A DNA stretch of 61,726 nt from Candidatus Pacearchaeota archaeon (GCA_017609745.1 JAFCDK010000002.1:1-61726); one strand, 5' to 3'; shown: positions 1-9,758, numbered from the stretch's first letter. The notes: generated by a model not told the origin, from the letters alone. Translations and numbers: made by a program.

Positions 1-1
1 T

Positions 2-334
2 GGCAAAGAATTTAATGGAATTTATAATGCTATTGAGTATTGGTTGTATGAAAATCCGATCCCGTATAATGAAAGACAAATATATAAGGGTTGGAATTTT
101 GTTGGAATAACATCAAATATGATTGGAAAAAATTTAAATGAATTAAAAGGAAATTGCAATATTGAAAAATCTTACGCATGGTGGGCAAAAAGACAAAATT
201 GGGATTTAATTGATATGAATGATGCTCCATTTAGTCAAAATGTAATTGGACAAGGAATTGTTTTAAAAGTAACTGAAAATTGTAAGCTTGGAACATCTTC
301 AGGAACAATACCAACAGTTCCAAATTTACCATAA
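2..334 (+). CDS. C-terminal fragment of a hypothetical protein; the 5' end lies left of the window
   Basis: The frame is open from nt 2 to TAA at 332-334. The track ORF 44..334 starts at an internal TTG. No family recognised. Confidence 0.4.
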   Translation, partial: GKEFNGIYNAIEYWLYENPIPYNERQIYKGWNFVGITSNMIGKNLNELKGNCNIEKSYAWWAKRQNWDLIDMNDAPFSQNVIGQGIVLKVTENCKLGTSSGTIPTVPNLP

Positions 335-340
335 ATTAAA

Positions 341-508
341 ATGATAAAATCAAAAAGAGGAATGAGTGCTTGGATTTGGATTTTAATAATTTTAATTGTT
401 TTAGCAGTTGGAATTGGTTTATACTTCCTTCTAACAAGTGGAAGTGATGGAGGATTATTAGGTGGGGGAAGTTCAATACCTCAACCACCTGCACTACCTT
501 CTGGATAA
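341..508 (+). CDS. 55-aa small membrane protein with a pilin-like (class III signal peptide-like) N-terminus
   Basis: ATG at 341 and TAA at 506-508, below the 60-aa track cutoff. MIKSKRGMSAWIWILIILIVLAVGIGLYFLL is a basic KRG motif plus one hydrophobic helix, followed by a Gly/Pro tail. It starts 7 nt after the upstream stop. Confidence 0.35.
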   Translation: MIKSKRGMSAWIWILIILIVLAVGIGLYFLLTSGSDGGLLGGGSSIPQPPALPSG

Positions 509-553
509 ATAAGCAATAAACAAATCGTTTCTCCCATCCCCCAAAAAATTTAT

Positions 554-575
554 TCTTCTTTTTCAGAAAAAGAAA
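554..575. repeat. 22-nt direct repeat copy 1 (tcttctttttcagaaaaagaaa), itself a hairpin
   Basis: Identical 22-mer at 1265-1286. ttcttttt/aaaaagaa form an 8-bp stem around cag. Both copies are preceded by cccaaaa. Confidence 0.8.
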
Positions 576-593
576 TAAAAGGTTTAAAACAAA

Positions 594-1253
594 ATGTCTA
601 AAGTCATTTTTAAGTTTGATAAAGAAAAAGATTTATGGAATCATTGGCATAAATCTAATTGGAAATCTTCTTGGGCAAATTTTAAAATTCATCCAGAAAT
701 TAAACGAATTTGCGAAGGGAAAAAGTTTGAAGAATGTAAGGGGGAGCTATCTGCTCATTTGTCAAAATTGCAAGAATCTAAAATTATCCAAATAGAGATT
801 AATTCTTTAGAAGAATATTGGAGAGAAATTGAACAAGAATTTTTTAAAAGAATGGATAATCTAATGAATAAAGATTTTGATGAAGATATAATCGCTTACC
901 TTACAACTCTCGGAATTTGCCCTTACGATTCTGACGAGCCTTCATTTATGTTTTCCTTATTTTATTCTCTGCCTCATCAATTGCAAACTTGTGGGCATGA
1001 AATAATGCATTTATATTTTCATAAATTCTACTGGGATGAAGTAGAATCCCAAATAGGAAAAGAAAAAACAGGAGATTTAAAAGAAGCATTAAGTGTTTTA
1101 TTAAATACAGAATTTAGAGATTTATGGTTTGCTGAGGATTATGGATATGAGCCACATAAAAAGTTAAGAGATTTTATTTTAGAGGAATGGAAAAAAGAAA
1201 AAGATTTTAAAAAACTTTTAGGGAAGTGTATTGAGTATCTAAAACAAAGATAA
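594..1253 (+). CDS. Hypothetical protein with an HExxH motif (possible zinc metallopeptidase-like)
   Basis: 219-aa ORF. CGHEIMHLYFH contains HExxH. No other family signal. Confidence 0.55.
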   Translation: MSKVIFKFDKEKDLWNHWHKSNWKSSWANFKIHPEIKRICEGKKFEECKGELSAHLSKLQESKIIQIEINSLEEYWREIEQEFFKRMDNLMNKDFDEDIIAYLTTLGICPYDSDEPSFMFSLFYSLPHQLQTCGHEIMHLYFHKFYWDEVESQIGKEKTGDLKEALSVLLNTEFRDLWFAEDYGYEPHKKLRDFILEEWKKEKDFKKLLGKCIEYLKQR

Positions 1254-1264
1254 AGTGCCCAAAA

Positions 1265-1286
1265 TCTTCTTTTTCAGAAAAAGAAA
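1265..1286. repeat. 22-nt direct repeat copy 2 (hairpin)
   Basis: Exact copy of 554-575, lying 12 nt after the stop of the 594..1253 ORF. Confidence 0.8.
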
Positions 1287-1359
1287 CAAAAGACGGCGAC
1301 AACTCTGATTTTCGGCTTCGCAAATTTTCTTCTTAAAAACCAGAAATTAACTTATCCAC

Positions 1360-4224
1360 TCAAACCTTCAACCCCAACACTTTGCTAATTCCATTATGCA
1401 TGCTGACGCCGTATAGAATTGATGCTTCTTGGATTATGGCATCATTGTGAGTTGTGATAATATATTGTCCTTTTTCCATGTATTTTTTAATGAGGGTTGC
1501 AAGGCGTGCTGAATTTCTTTTATCAAGCGCAGCATCAATTTCATCTAAAACATAGAAATGATATGGCCTATGTTCTTGAATTGCAAAAATTAAAGAAAGA
1601 GCTACAAGTGTTTGTTCTCCACCAGAAAGAGACGCCACATCAAGATATTTTCCTTTACCAACTTTAATTGTTATATTAATTCCTCCTGTAAAGATATCTT
1701 CTTTATTTTCTATTTCAAGAAACGCCTTGCCCTTTTGACTTAATTGTGAAAAATTCCTGCTGAATAACTCATTTATTGCTTTGAACATTTTCATAAATGT
1801 TCTTTTCTTTTTTTTATCAATTTCTATAACTATTTTTAAAATTTCTTCTTTTTCATTATTAAGATTTTCAACTTTTTCTGCAATCACATCATATTCTTTT
1901 TTAATTGAATCATAAATTTCTAATGCTCTAAGATTTACATTTCCAATTCTTGCAAGAATTTCCTCACTTTTTCTCTGTCTTTGTATAAGAATTTCCTTAT
2001 TCGCTTTAATTAATTCTATTCCTTCAAATTCCCTGTATTCAATTGAGAGAGCTTCTTTTTCAGCATTAATTCTTGCTCTTTCTATTTTCAAATTATTTAT
2101 AGAATTTTCAACTCCACTATAAGAATTTTGTTTATTAAGAATATTTATATTATAATTTTTAATTTTTTCTCGAAGTTTTGTTTTATCATCAAATAATTTT
2201 TTGAATTTTTTTGCAATTTCTCTGGCCGCTGCTTCTTTTTCTTCCAGCAAATGTTCATTATAATCAATTTCTGAAGCAGCCGCATCAAGTTCTTGTTTTA
2301 TTTCTTCTTCGTCGCTGTGACTTCTTTTTATTATATTTTTCAAGTTCTCCAACTCACGTTCCTTATACATAATACTTGCATCAATATTTTCTTCTGTCCG
2401 AGCAGAAATTTCCTCAATTTCAAACATAGCTTTATCATATTTATCTTCAACATCTTTATTATTTTCAATATAATTTTCTGCATGCTTTCTCTTTTCATTA
2501 AGTCCAAGAATTTCTGAATTTATTTCCTTATCTTCAGCAACAAATCTTTTCATTTGCTGCTTTTTATCTTCTATTTTCTCAAGTTTCAAAAATTCATTTT
2601 GTTTTTTATTAAGATTTTTAGTTAAATTATTAATTTTAGCAAGATTATTAGCCCCTTCCTTATCAATCTCTTCTAAATTATTTTTTATTTCTTTTAATTT
2701 TATATTTGCAGTTTTTATTTCATTATCTGCTTTTTCTATAACATAGCCAACATGTGCTGAAGTCATCTTGCTTTTACATAAAGGACAAACATCTATTTTA
2801 GTTATATTTTGTTTTAGTTCTTTGTTTTTATCAATTTCAGATTCTAATATTGATAATAATTTTTCAAACTTTAACCTGTCCTCTCGCCCATTCTCTACTT
2901 TTTTATTAATATTTATTATATCTTCTTTAATTTTTTTTATCTGTGCTTTGCATTCTTCTATATTTTTTGAACTTAAGTTTTCTGAAAGAACTTCAATTTC
3001 TTCAAGCAAGTCATTTGAAGATTGCTGAAGTCGTTGCAACATTCTTTTTTTATCCTCTATTCTTGACTTTATTGATTGGAGTTCTGCTTTTTTATTGTAA
3101 AATTTTTGCCTTTCTGTTTCTATTTTTGAAAATTGTTGTTTTTTAATTTTCAATTCTTCTTGTTTTTTGCTTATTGCAGGACCTTTCTTTTTTAATTCTG
3201 CAATCTCTTTCTCACAGACAGGTATATTTTTTTTCAAACCTTGTCTTTTATTTTTTAATTCCTGCAGTTTATTTTGAAAATTTGTTTGGTGTACATCAAG
3301 TCCCATTAACTCTGCCTTTAAATTTGAAATATCTTCGTTAAGTTTTTCCTGCTTCATACCTGTTGTTTCTTGAATATAATTATTAATATTTTCAATCTTA
3401 CTTTCAATTTCTTTAATTTCTTGTTGAATTTTGCTAATCTCATCCCGAATTTTTGCTCTTGCATCTATTTTTTTTTGAAGTTCATTATTTATTGGAGAAA
3501 GTTGTTTTTCTTTATCTGTAATTTCACGATGAAGAATAGATGCTTTGCATTTCTTTACTGTTTGTTCAAGTTGCTTGTATCTAAGAGCTTGTTTTCTTTC
3601 ATTTTCTAAATTCCTTAAGTATGCTGTCCGCTCCCGCAAAATTGTTGAAACTTCTTTAAGTTTATTATCTGTTTTCTCCAACTCTTTTAAAGATTTCTGT
3701 TTTCTTGCTTCATAAACAGAAATTCCTGAAAGTTCTTCTATTATTTGTCTTCTTTCTTCCCCCCTCATTCTTACTAATTGTCCAATTTCTCCTTGAAGAA
3801 CTATATTAAAGCCATGGGGGTCAATTCCCGCACTCGCAAGTAAAGCTAAAACTTCTTGACGAGTTTTTGTTTCATTATTAATTTTATAAATACTTTGGCC
3901 CCTGTTTCTCAATATTCTTTTTATTGAAATTTCTTTTTGAGGCATATTAAATGCATCATCACTATTATCAAAAATCATTTCAACACTAGCTTCTTTACTT
4001 GGCTTGTGGGCTTTTGTTCCCATAAAAATCAAGTTTCTGGCTTTAGCAGCCCTCATACTTTTAATACTTAGTCTGCCTAGAACAAAGCAAATGCCATCTG
4101 AAATATTGCTCTTTCCAGATCCATTCGGGCCCACAATTACATTAATTTCTTTATCAAAATCAACTTCAGTTTTACTTGCAAAACTCTTGAAACCATGCAT
4201 CACCAGCTTTTTTATATGGGCCAT
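1360..4224 (-). CDS. smc: SMC-family chromosome ATPase, atypical: CxxC at the coiled-coil midpoint and no evident hinge
   Basis: N-terminal MHGFKSF..VGPNGSGKSNISD (Walker A). C-terminal LSGGEQTLVALSLIFAIQ signature and FYVLDEIDAALD Walker B. Long K/E-rich heptad arms. CPLC at residues 480-483 of 954. Confidence 0.85.
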   Translation of the reverse strand: MAHIKKLVMHGFKSFASKTEVDFDKEINVIVGPNGSGKSNISDGICFVLGRLSIKSMRAAKARNLIFMGTKAHKPSKEASVEMIFDNSDDAFNMPQKEISIKRILRNRGQSIYKINNETKTRQEVLALLASAGIDPHGFNIVLQGEIGQLVRMRGEERRQIIEELSGISVYEARKQKSLKELEKTDNKLKEVSTILRERTAYLRNLENERKQALRYKQLEQTVKKCKASILHREITDKEKQLSPINNELQKKIDARAKIRDEISKIQQEIKEIESKIENINNYIQETTGMKQEKLNEDISNLKAELMGLDVHQTNFQNKLQELKNKRQGLKKNIPVCEKEIAELKKKGPAISKKQEELKIKKQQFSKIETERQKFYNKKAELQSIKSRIEDKKRMLQRLQQSSNDLLEEIEVLSENLSSKNIEECKAQIKKIKEDIININKKVENGREDRLKFEKLLSILESEIDKNKELKQNITKIDVCPLCKSKMTSAHVGYVIEKADNEIKTANIKLKEIKNNLEEIDKEGANNLAKINNLTKNLNKKQNEFLKLEKIEDKKQQMKRFVAEDKEINSEILGLNEKRKHAENYIENNKDVEDKYDKAMFEIEEISARTEENIDASIMYKERELENLKNIIKRSHSDEEEIKQELDAAASEIDYNEHLLEEKEAAAREIAKKFKKLFDDKTKLREKIKNYNINILNKQNSYSGVENSINNLKIERARINAEKEALSIEYREFEGIELIKANKEILIQRQRKSEEILARIGNVNLRALEIYDSIKKEYDVIAEKVENLNNEKEEILKIVIEIDKKKKRTFMKMFKAINELFSRNFSQLSQKGKAFLEIENKEDIFTGGINITIKVGKGKYLDVASLSGGEQTLVALSLIFAIQEHRPYHFYVLDEIDAALDKRNSARLATLIKKYMEKGQYIITTHNDAIIQEASILYGVSMHNGISKVLGLKV

Positions 4225-4247
4225 AAGAAATTTAGACGAGAAATGTA

Positions 4248-4255
4248 TTTAAAAA
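4248..4255 (-). promoter_or_regulatory. TATA-like box (tttaaaaa) upstream of smc
   Basis: 24 nt from the smc ATG (4224), within the 52-nt rnhB-smc spacer. Confidence 0.35.
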
Positions 4256-4276
4256 TTTATATAGTATTTTAAAATC

Positions 4277-4954
4277 TCAAAATTCCCCCAACTTTCTTTG
4301 TGCTTTCTTTGCTTTGTGGTTTTTTATTGTGCCCCAAGTATGTCTAAACATTCCATCATTTTTGTGCTTATGATAATTTTCTGTGAGAAATTTTATTGTA
4401 ATAGGGTCGCTTGGGTAGCCGCTTCCAAAATCTATTTTTAGTCTTTGTTTTATTTTATGAATTTCTGCATCTCTTGTTGTCTTTGCAAGTATTGAAGCAG
4501 CTGCAACTGGAATATAATCTCTATCAGCTTTATGTTCACAGAAAAACCGCAAGTTTTCTTTTTTCTCTACTTTTGACATTAAATATCTTTGCCATGATTT
4601 TTTATTTGGGGAAGGGCAATCTACAATAACTTTAATTTTTCTCCTGGAATTATCATTTAATATGTCAATAATTTCTCCTGCTTTAATTGCTTCTATTTTA
4701 TTAAGATTAAGTCCAATATGATTTCTTGAATCAATTTCATCTGGGAAAATCAAAACAACAGCAAAACTTTCAGCGATTTTTTTTATCTCTTTAGCAAGAT
4801 GCTCTCTTCGTTTTGATGTAAGCAACTTTGAATCTCTAACTCCAATTTTTCTCAATTTTTCTTCATTTTCTTCTTTAATCAAACATCCAGCCAAAACCAT
4901 CGGACCTATTACTGGCCCCCTTCCTGCATCATCTACACCTAATATAAATGTCAT
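4277..4954 (-). CDS. rnhB: Ribonuclease HII
   Basis: MTFILGVDDAGRGPVIGPMVLAG is the RNase HII N-terminal catalytic motif. Start moved to ATG 4952-4954 because the longer track ORF overlaps the tRNA at 5007 and a TATA box sits 22 nt upstream of 4954. Confidence 0.85.
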   Translation of the reverse strand: MTFILGVDDAGRGPVIGPMVLAGCLIKEENEEKLRKIGVRDSKLLTSKRREHLAKEIKKIAESFAVVLIFPDEIDSRNHIGLNLNKIEAIKAGEIIDILNDNSRRKIKVIVDCPSPNKKSWQRYLMSKVEKKENLRFFCEHKADRDYIPVAAASILAKTTRDAEIHKIKQRLKIDFGSGYPSDPITIKFLTENYHKHKNDGMFRHTWGTIKNHKAKKAQRKLGEF

Positions 4955-4975
4955 AAGAGTTAATATTCCATAAGC

Positions 4976-4983
4976 TTTATAAG
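4976..4983. promoter_or_regulatory. Shared TATA box (tttataag) for divergent rnhB and tRNA-CAU
   Basis: 22 nt from the rnhB ATG on the minus strand and 23 nt before the tRNA 5' end (5007) on the plus strand. Confidence 0.45.
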
Positions 4984-5006
4984 GGTTTTTGATATGAATT
5001 TTACAT

Positions 5007-5131
5007 AGCGGAATGGAGCAGTCTGGAGTGCTCGCGAGGCCCATAAAATTGAAATTTCATAATTTTGATTTGCTCAGAAATCTTCGATTTCGGACACCTC
5101 GAGGTCGGTGGTTCAAATCCACCTTCCGCTA
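5007..5131 (+). tRNA. tRNA with CAU anticodon (Met; initiator-like A1:U72) carrying a ~50-nt intron 3' of the anticodon
   Basis: Hand fold: acceptor agcggaa/ttccgct, D arm gagc-agtctggagt-gctc, anticodon stem cgagg (5035-5039)/cctcg, loop cccataa (CAT at 5042-5044), T arm ggtgg-ttcaaat-ccacc, discriminator a. 125 nt versus 75 nt mature. No encoded CCA. Confidence 0.75.
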
Positions 5132-5154
5132 CTCTTTTCAATATTAAGAATTAT

Positions 5155-5622
5155 TTAATTCAAGAGATAATGTGTGAACACCCCAATAATTAATCTCTTT
5201 CTATCTTTAATTTTAGACACTTTTAATTCTGGATTATCTTTATTATCTGAATAAAGAGTTTTAAGTATAGATTCCAATGCCCTTTCTTCAAATTTGGTAG
5301 GTAATTTACATCTTTTAGAATCATATATTCTATGGCTTTTAGCATCCAAGTAGATTTTCTCTTCTTTTATTTCTCTTCTTTTTCTTTGTCCATCATCTCT
5401 AATTACTTTTTGCTTCATGATAAATGGAATAAGTCCTTCATAAGGATGTCTTGTTTCATTTTCTCCAAGTTTCCGAGTATATTCTTCTTCAATATACCAA
5501 TAACCTTTATCAAAATAATATTTATTACCTTCTCCATTTATATGATAAAAGACAGGAACTTTATATTTTTCAGGATGTTTTTTTACATGTCTAATTGATC
5601 CTTTTTTTGTTTTCGCGCCCAT
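5155..5622 (-). CDS. Hypothetical basic protein
   Basis: 155-aa ORF between two tRNA genes, with a TATA-like box 22 nt upstream. No family recognised. Confidence 0.5.
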   Translation of the reverse strand: MGAKTKKGSIRHVKKHPEKYKVPVFYHINGEGNKYYFDKGYWYIEEEYTRKLGENETRHPYEGLIPFIMKQKVIRDDGQRKRREIKEEKIYLDAKSHRIYDSKRCKLPTKFEERALESILKTLYSDNKDNPELKVSKIKDRKRLIIGVFTHYLLN

Positions 5623-5643
5623 TAAAAATCTTTAATTTACAAC

Positions 5644-5651
5644 ATATAAAA
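5644..5651 (-). promoter_or_regulatory. TATA-like box (atataaaa)
   Basis: 22 nt from ATG 5622. Confidence 0.35.
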
Positions 5652-5695
5652 GAATTTATGTTATAAAAAGGATATATAAAAACAATATTTAAAAA

Positions 5696-5776
5696 CGCCT
5701 CGAGCAGGAATCGAACCTGCGTACCCCAAAGGGTCTGGCTTAGCAAGCCAGTGCAATACCATTATGCGACCGAGGC
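5696..5776 (-). tRNA. tRNA-Ser (GCU), class II
   Basis: Reverse complement folds as acceptor gcctcgg/tcgaggc (one G-U), anticodon stem ctggc/gccag with loop ttgctaa, 14-nt variable arm accctttggggtac, T arm gcagg-ttcgatt-cctgc, discriminator G. Confidence 0.85.
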
Positions 5777-5818
5777 ATATAGAACTAATTAATTAAAAGG
5801 TTTTAAAGGTTTTTCTTT

Positions 5819-6604
5819 TTACTTCTTCACATCTCCACTTCTTTGATATGGCAGATTTTTTTCTTTTAGAATCTCTATAATTCTCTGCCTTTCGTCAGCA
5901 TTTTTTATCCCTTTCCAGTCTAATATTGCCATTTCTACATTTTCTGTTGTCTTGTTAATTGCTTCATCTAACATATCTTCTGTTAAGGGTAATGAATATC
6001 CTGGAATTATATGACTAATAGCAAAATCACTTGATAGTTGAATTTTGTTAAAGTTTGGACAATAATGAGGTCCTCCGATTCCTATTGTAACTCCTTCTTC
6101 TCCTGGCTCAAATTTTTCAATCATATTTGCAATTGTTTTTGCAATCACAAACCCTGCCCGTCTGTTCCGCCATTCATTTTCTGTACTTCCAATTTCTATA
6201 AATATGCATGGTTTATCTATTAAAGGCCCATGATGAGTGCACTCTAATGTTACTTCATAATTATTTAAATTAATGCTCTCAGCATTTTTCTTTAATTCTT
6301 TTAATGCTTCTTTCATGAAAAATGCAGAAGTCTTGCAAACTTTTCCTTCTTCACCACCAAGTTCTGCTCTTCTCCAATTTCCAGGAGCATGAACACTCAA
6401 AGTTTTTCTCTGCTGTTTAGATTTATGCTTGCTCGCAAAAATAATAAAATCATATGAATTGATTTTATTTAAATCAAGATTTTCTGTCAGGATTATTTCT
6501 TTTTCGATAATATATGTATTAAATTGTCCAAACTGTTGCAATTGCTGGATTATATTTATTCCAGCTGTATCTTGTTTTGATGCAACTATAAGATATTCTA
6601 CCAT
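5819..6604 (-). CDS. dtdA: D-aminoacyl-tRNA deacylase, archaeal type (DtdA)
   Basis: FASKHKS..., ECTHHGP, FIEIGSTENEW, IGIGGPHY and ILDWKG match my recollection of archaeal DtdA. Start placed at ATG 6602-6604 (MVEYLIVASKQD), with a TATA-like box 22 nt upstream. Confidence 0.8.
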   Translation of the reverse strand: MVEYLIVASKQDTAGINIIQQLQQFGQFNTYIIEKEIILTENLDLNKINSYDFIIFASKHKSKQQRKTLSVHAPGNWRRAELGGEEGKVCKTSAFFMKEALKELKKNAESINLNNYEVTLECTHHGPLIDKPCIFIEIGSTENEWRNRRAGFVIAKTIANMIEKFEPGEEGVTIGIGGPHYCPNFNKIQLSSDFAISHIIPGYSLPLTEDMLDEAINKTTENVEMAILDWKGIKNADERQRIIEILKEKNLPYQRSGDVKK

Positions 6605-6625
6605 TAAGTTTTTAAATATCTTGCG

Positions 6626-6633
6626 TTTAAATA
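6626..6633 (-). promoter_or_regulatory. TATA-like box (tttaaata) for dtdA
   Basis: 22 nt from ATG 6604. Confidence 0.35.
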
Positions 6634-6661
6634 AATTTAGATAATTAAATAATATTTTAAG

Positions 6662-7030
6662 ATGGTTTACCAACTTTTACCAGAACAAATAGAGTTACTG
6701 AGGGCTCTTTGTTGGAAAGGATATACAAGAATAGAAATTTATGAGATGGTGAGATTTGGTAAGTCAACAATATCTAAGTATTGTAAAGAAATTCCTAATT
6801 TGGGAATAAGAAGAGAAAAATTAAGTAAATTAATAAATACAAATTTCAAAGGAACTTTTTCTGAATTTGTTAAATTAACCGGGTTTTCCTATGGTAAAGC
6901 TGTAGAATACAAACATGGATTTGCCTTTCCATCAGATGAAAAAGATTTAAGAAAAATATATGCTGTATTGAATGTAGAAAATGAATTTCAAACTAAGAAA
7001 GATTTATTAGAAAAAGTTGAACTAAGTTAA
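6662..7030 (+). CDS. Hypothetical protein with helix-turn-helix-like segments
   Basis: 122 aa. GYTRIEIYEMVRFGKSTISKY looks like an HTH. No firm family. Confidence 0.45.
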   Translation: MVYQLLPEQIELLRALCWKGYTRIEIYEMVRFGKSTISKYCKEIPNLGIRREKLSKLINTNFKGTFSEFVKLTGFSYGKAVEYKHGFAFPSDEKDLRKIYAVLNVENEFQTKKDLLEKVELS

Positions 7031-7036
7031 CAAACT

Positions 7037-7044
7037 TTTAAAAA
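7037..7044 (+). promoter_or_regulatory. TATA-like box (tttaaaaa)
   Basis: 22 nt before ATG 7066. Confidence 0.35.
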
Positions 7045-7065
7045 TCTGATTTCTTATTCTATTTA

Positions 7066-7296
7066 ATGATAAAAATAACGCTTTCATTATTAGTCTTATT
7101 ATCAGCAGTATTTTTTGGTCATATATTAACTAAATCAACAAAAGAAGAATTGCGTGATGGTAGGAAATGGTTCAAGTGGATAATTATAATTTCAATTGTG
7201 CTGACTATTTTATTTACGATTGTTAATAATTGGGTTGCAGTTTTAACTCTAATATATATAACAATAGTCTGTCTGATTTCTGTTAGAAAGAAATAG
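7066..7296 (+). CDS. Small membrane protein (2-3 TM)
   Basis: 76-aa hydrophobic ORF with a TATA box at the canonical offset. Confidence 0.5.
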   Translation: MIKITLSLLVLLSAVFFGHILTKSTKEELRDGRKWFKWIIIISIVLTILFTIVNNWVAVLTLIYITIVCLISVRKK

Positions 7297-7344
7297 ATAA
7301 TCACAAATAAAAAAATAAAAAATAAAAAAATTCAAAAAAGAATT

Positions 7345-7506
7345 TTATGCTTTAAAATCTTGTATAATCATTAATATACCTATAACTAAAACTCCTAAGC
7401 CGATTACCCAGTCTGTTACAGCCCCCTGTAATTGGGTTACCTTAATTAAAGGCAATACTAAAAGTAAACCAATAATAGTTACAAGCCATGAAATTATTTT
7501 TTTCAT
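7345..7506 (-). CDS. Small membrane protein (2 TM)
   Basis: MKKIISWLVTIIGLLLVL... Start moved to ATG 7504-7506, which is preceded by aggagg (reverse complement of 7513-7518). Confidence 0.5.
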   Translation of the reverse strand: MKKIISWLVTIIGLLLVLPLIKVTQLQGAVTDWVIGLGVLVIGILMIIQDFKA

Positions 7507-7600
7507 ATTACTAACCTCCTTTTTATTTAAATTTGATTTATGATACAGAAAATAAATTAAAATATTCCTTTTTATTTTCTGTCCCAAAAAGCCCAAACAA

Positions 7601-7618
7601 ACAAGGACTTTTTGATAT
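7601..7618 (+). repeat. 18-nt intergenic motif acaaggactttttgatat (copy 1)
   Basis: Exact second copy at 37476-37493 in the same orientation. Both are intergenic. Confidence 0.7.
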
Positions 7619-7651
7619 TAATTATAGGAAATTTGGGTTTTTAAACTTTTT

Positions 7652-7933
7652 TTATTTTGTTAATTCTTCAATTTCTTTTTTTCCTTTTTCAAGTTCTTTC
7701 ACTTGTTCAGAATCAAGTTGAAGTAACAAGGTCTGAAATTCCCCTATATGTGTTTTTTCTTCCCGCGCAATATCTAATAAAACTTTCTTTATATCTTCAT
7801 TTTCAGCCATTACTGAAAGTTGCTCATATAGATTTACTGCATCTAATTCAGCAATCATGCCAACTCTTAAAATCTCTTTATCTAAATCCTCTTTATTCAC
7901 TTTATTCAAATTTTTAGGTATATCTGATAACAT
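7652..7933 (-). CDS. Half-ferritin / encapsulated-ferritin-like (rubrerythrin-type two-helix) protein
   Basis: 93 aa. AELDAVNLYEQ ... DIAREEKTHIGEF gives the E..Y and ExxH pattern of EncFtn-type di-iron half sites. Confidence 0.6.
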   Translation of the reverse strand: MLSDIPKNLNKVNKEDLDKEILRVGMIAELDAVNLYEQLSVMAENEDIKKVLLDIAREEKTHIGEFQTLLLQLDSEQVKELEKGKKEIEELTK

Positions 7934-7942
7934 TTTATTTAA

Positions 7943-8215
7943 TCATGATTTAGAATTTGTTTTCAAAACATTTCTTTTTAAATAAAACCATGTTCCCCCA
8001 ATAACTGCACCAAGAATTATTAAATAAATTCCAAAATTTGCTGCTTCCGGAGTTCTTAAAGTAGTTAATCCTGTAATCTTTAAACCTCTGAAAAAACTAA
8101 AAAGCCCAATTAAAATTCCTATAAAAACAATAAGAATTAAAGTTCTCTCTATATTTTTCTTTTTGGAAAACTCTTGTTTTTGCTGAATCTCTTGTTTATT
8201 TTCTATAGTATCCAT
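7943..8215 (-). CDS. Small 2-TM membrane protein, apparently co-transcribed with the EncFtn-like gene
   Basis: The track start at 8224 is TTG. ATG at 8213-8215 lies 22 nt from the TATA box. The stop is 9 nt before the next ATG. Confidence 0.5.
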   Translation of the reverse strand: MDTIENKQEIQQKQEFSKKKNIERTLILIVFIGILIGLFSFFRGLKITGLTTLRTPEAANFGIYLIILGAVIGGTWFYLKRNVLKTNSKS

Positions 8216-8236
8216 TATACTCAAAAGAAATAAAGG

Positions 8237-8244
8237 TTTATAAA
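8237..8244 (-). promoter_or_regulatory. TATA box (tttataaa)
   Basis: 22 nt from ATG 8215. Confidence 0.4.
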
Positions 8245-8347
8245 ATTTTGTAAAATTTTATATTTCCCCGATACCCTTTCTTTTTTTAAATAAAATAAAC
8301 AAAGAAAAAAATAAAAAAAAGAAAAAGTAAATAAAAAATTAAAAAAT

Positions 8348-9595
8348 TTAGTAGTAACTTTCACTGAGTTCTTCTTCAGTTTCTGGTTTCTTTGTAAGCA
8401 AAACAATAAGCACAATTAAAAGTACTACGAAGATTACTGCTAATACAATGCTCAAAACAACAACAGGATTTGTTATTGATTTTCCTTCTACTCTTGCACT
8501 TAAATTTGCTGTTCCTATAATTTCATCATCAGAAACTACATTAACAACTAAATTATATGTGCCTTCTTCTGTAGCAACTGCACTTAATTCTACTGTCTCA
8601 CTTGAGCCTGCTTCAACAACAACAATTGAGGGTGCGTCAACACTAAGACCTTCACCATCAACATCAAGGCTATATACTTTCACTTCATTACCTTTATTTA
8701 CAATTGTTAATTTGTAAATTGCCTTTTCATTAGCAGAAACTGTTTTTGAAGCATCTAGAACATAAACTTCACTTGCTCCAGTACTTGCAACAACAATATT
8801 TCTTACTTCCCTAACTTCTGAGTCATCATTGTAAGCAATTATTTCAAGTTCATAGATTCCTTCTTCAGCGTCTGTTGGAATTTTCAAAGTAGTTTCTCCA
8901 GATTTTGCATCTTCCCAATCATCGTCATCAACATCTGAACATCCGCCAGGATATAAATCCCAACACTCATCTGTTTCATCTAAATCACTAAGCCAGATTG
9001 TTTTCTCAAGACCAAGTTCAGGAATTCTTACTAAAGCAAATACATCATCTAATTCATGTCTTCCTGTATTTTTAACAACAACTTCAACTTCAGCTTTTTC
9101 TCCAGCTTCAACTCTATTGTCAACATCTACAGAAACAATCTCTAAGTTATATGGTGTTCTTTGAACTTCAACAAAGTATTCAAGTTCCTTGCTTCCTGCA
9201 TCTGAATCAATTTCTACATAAAGTCTAAGTTTTTCTTCGGGTTCTACATCACTTGGAACTTCTAATGCTAAAGCAGGGTAGTAAGTTCTGTTTTCCCTTA
9301 AATCAACAAGTTCTTTTACAGCTTTATCACTTTTGTGTCCTGAAAACCATGCTGAAATTTCAACATCTTCAGCATCAGTCAGAGATAAAAATCTTACTTT
9401 TATAGGTACTGTATCTCCAGCAGCTAATGAAATCTTTGTAATTCCTCCACCTCTACTAGCTTCCATACCATCAATATAAACTTCCTTTACATTAATAATG
9501 TTCGGAGCTGCACTTACAAAACTAGCTGCTAAAACAACTACTAGAATTGCTAACAAAGAAACAAACATTAAGTTTGTTTTCATTTTTGTTTCCAT
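8348..9595 (-). CDS. Acidic cell-surface protein (signal peptide, Ig/CARDB-like repeats, C-terminal TM anchor)
   Basis: N-terminal LAILVVVLAASFVSAAP. Beta-rich acidic body (VVVKNTGRHELDDV-type strands). C-terminal VVLSIVLAVIFVVLLIVLIVLL followed by a charged tail. Confidence 0.6.
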   Translation of the reverse strand: METKMKTNLMFVSLLAILVVVLAASFVSAAPNIINVKEVYIDGMEASRGGGITKISLAAGDTVPIKVRFLSLTDAEDVEISAWFSGHKSDKAVKELVDLRENRTYYPALALEVPSDVEPEEKLRLYVEIDSDAGSKELEYFVEVQRTPYNLEIVSVDVDNRVEAGEKAEVEVVVKNTGRHELDDVFALVRIPELGLEKTIWLSDLDETDECWDLYPGGCSDVDDDDWEDAKSGETTLKIPTDAEEGIYELEIIAYNDDSEVREVRNIVVASTGASEVYVLDASKTVSANEKAIYKLTIVNKGNEVKVYSLDVDGEGLSVDAPSIVVVEAGSSETVELSAVATEEGTYNLVVNVVSDDEIIGTANLSARVEGKSITNPVVVLSIVLAVIFVVLLIVLIVLLTKKPETEEELSESYY

Positions 9596-9758
9596 TTTAA
9601 ATTTAATTAATTTTGCAAGCGATTTCCCCCTTATAAACTTTATGGTGGTAACTTATATGTCACTGCATATTGGTAGTAAAAAGAAAAAATGAGATTAGAA
9701 TTTTGTTACTTACATTAGTGAAAATAAAATTCGTCTTCGAAAAAATTATTATTTCTTG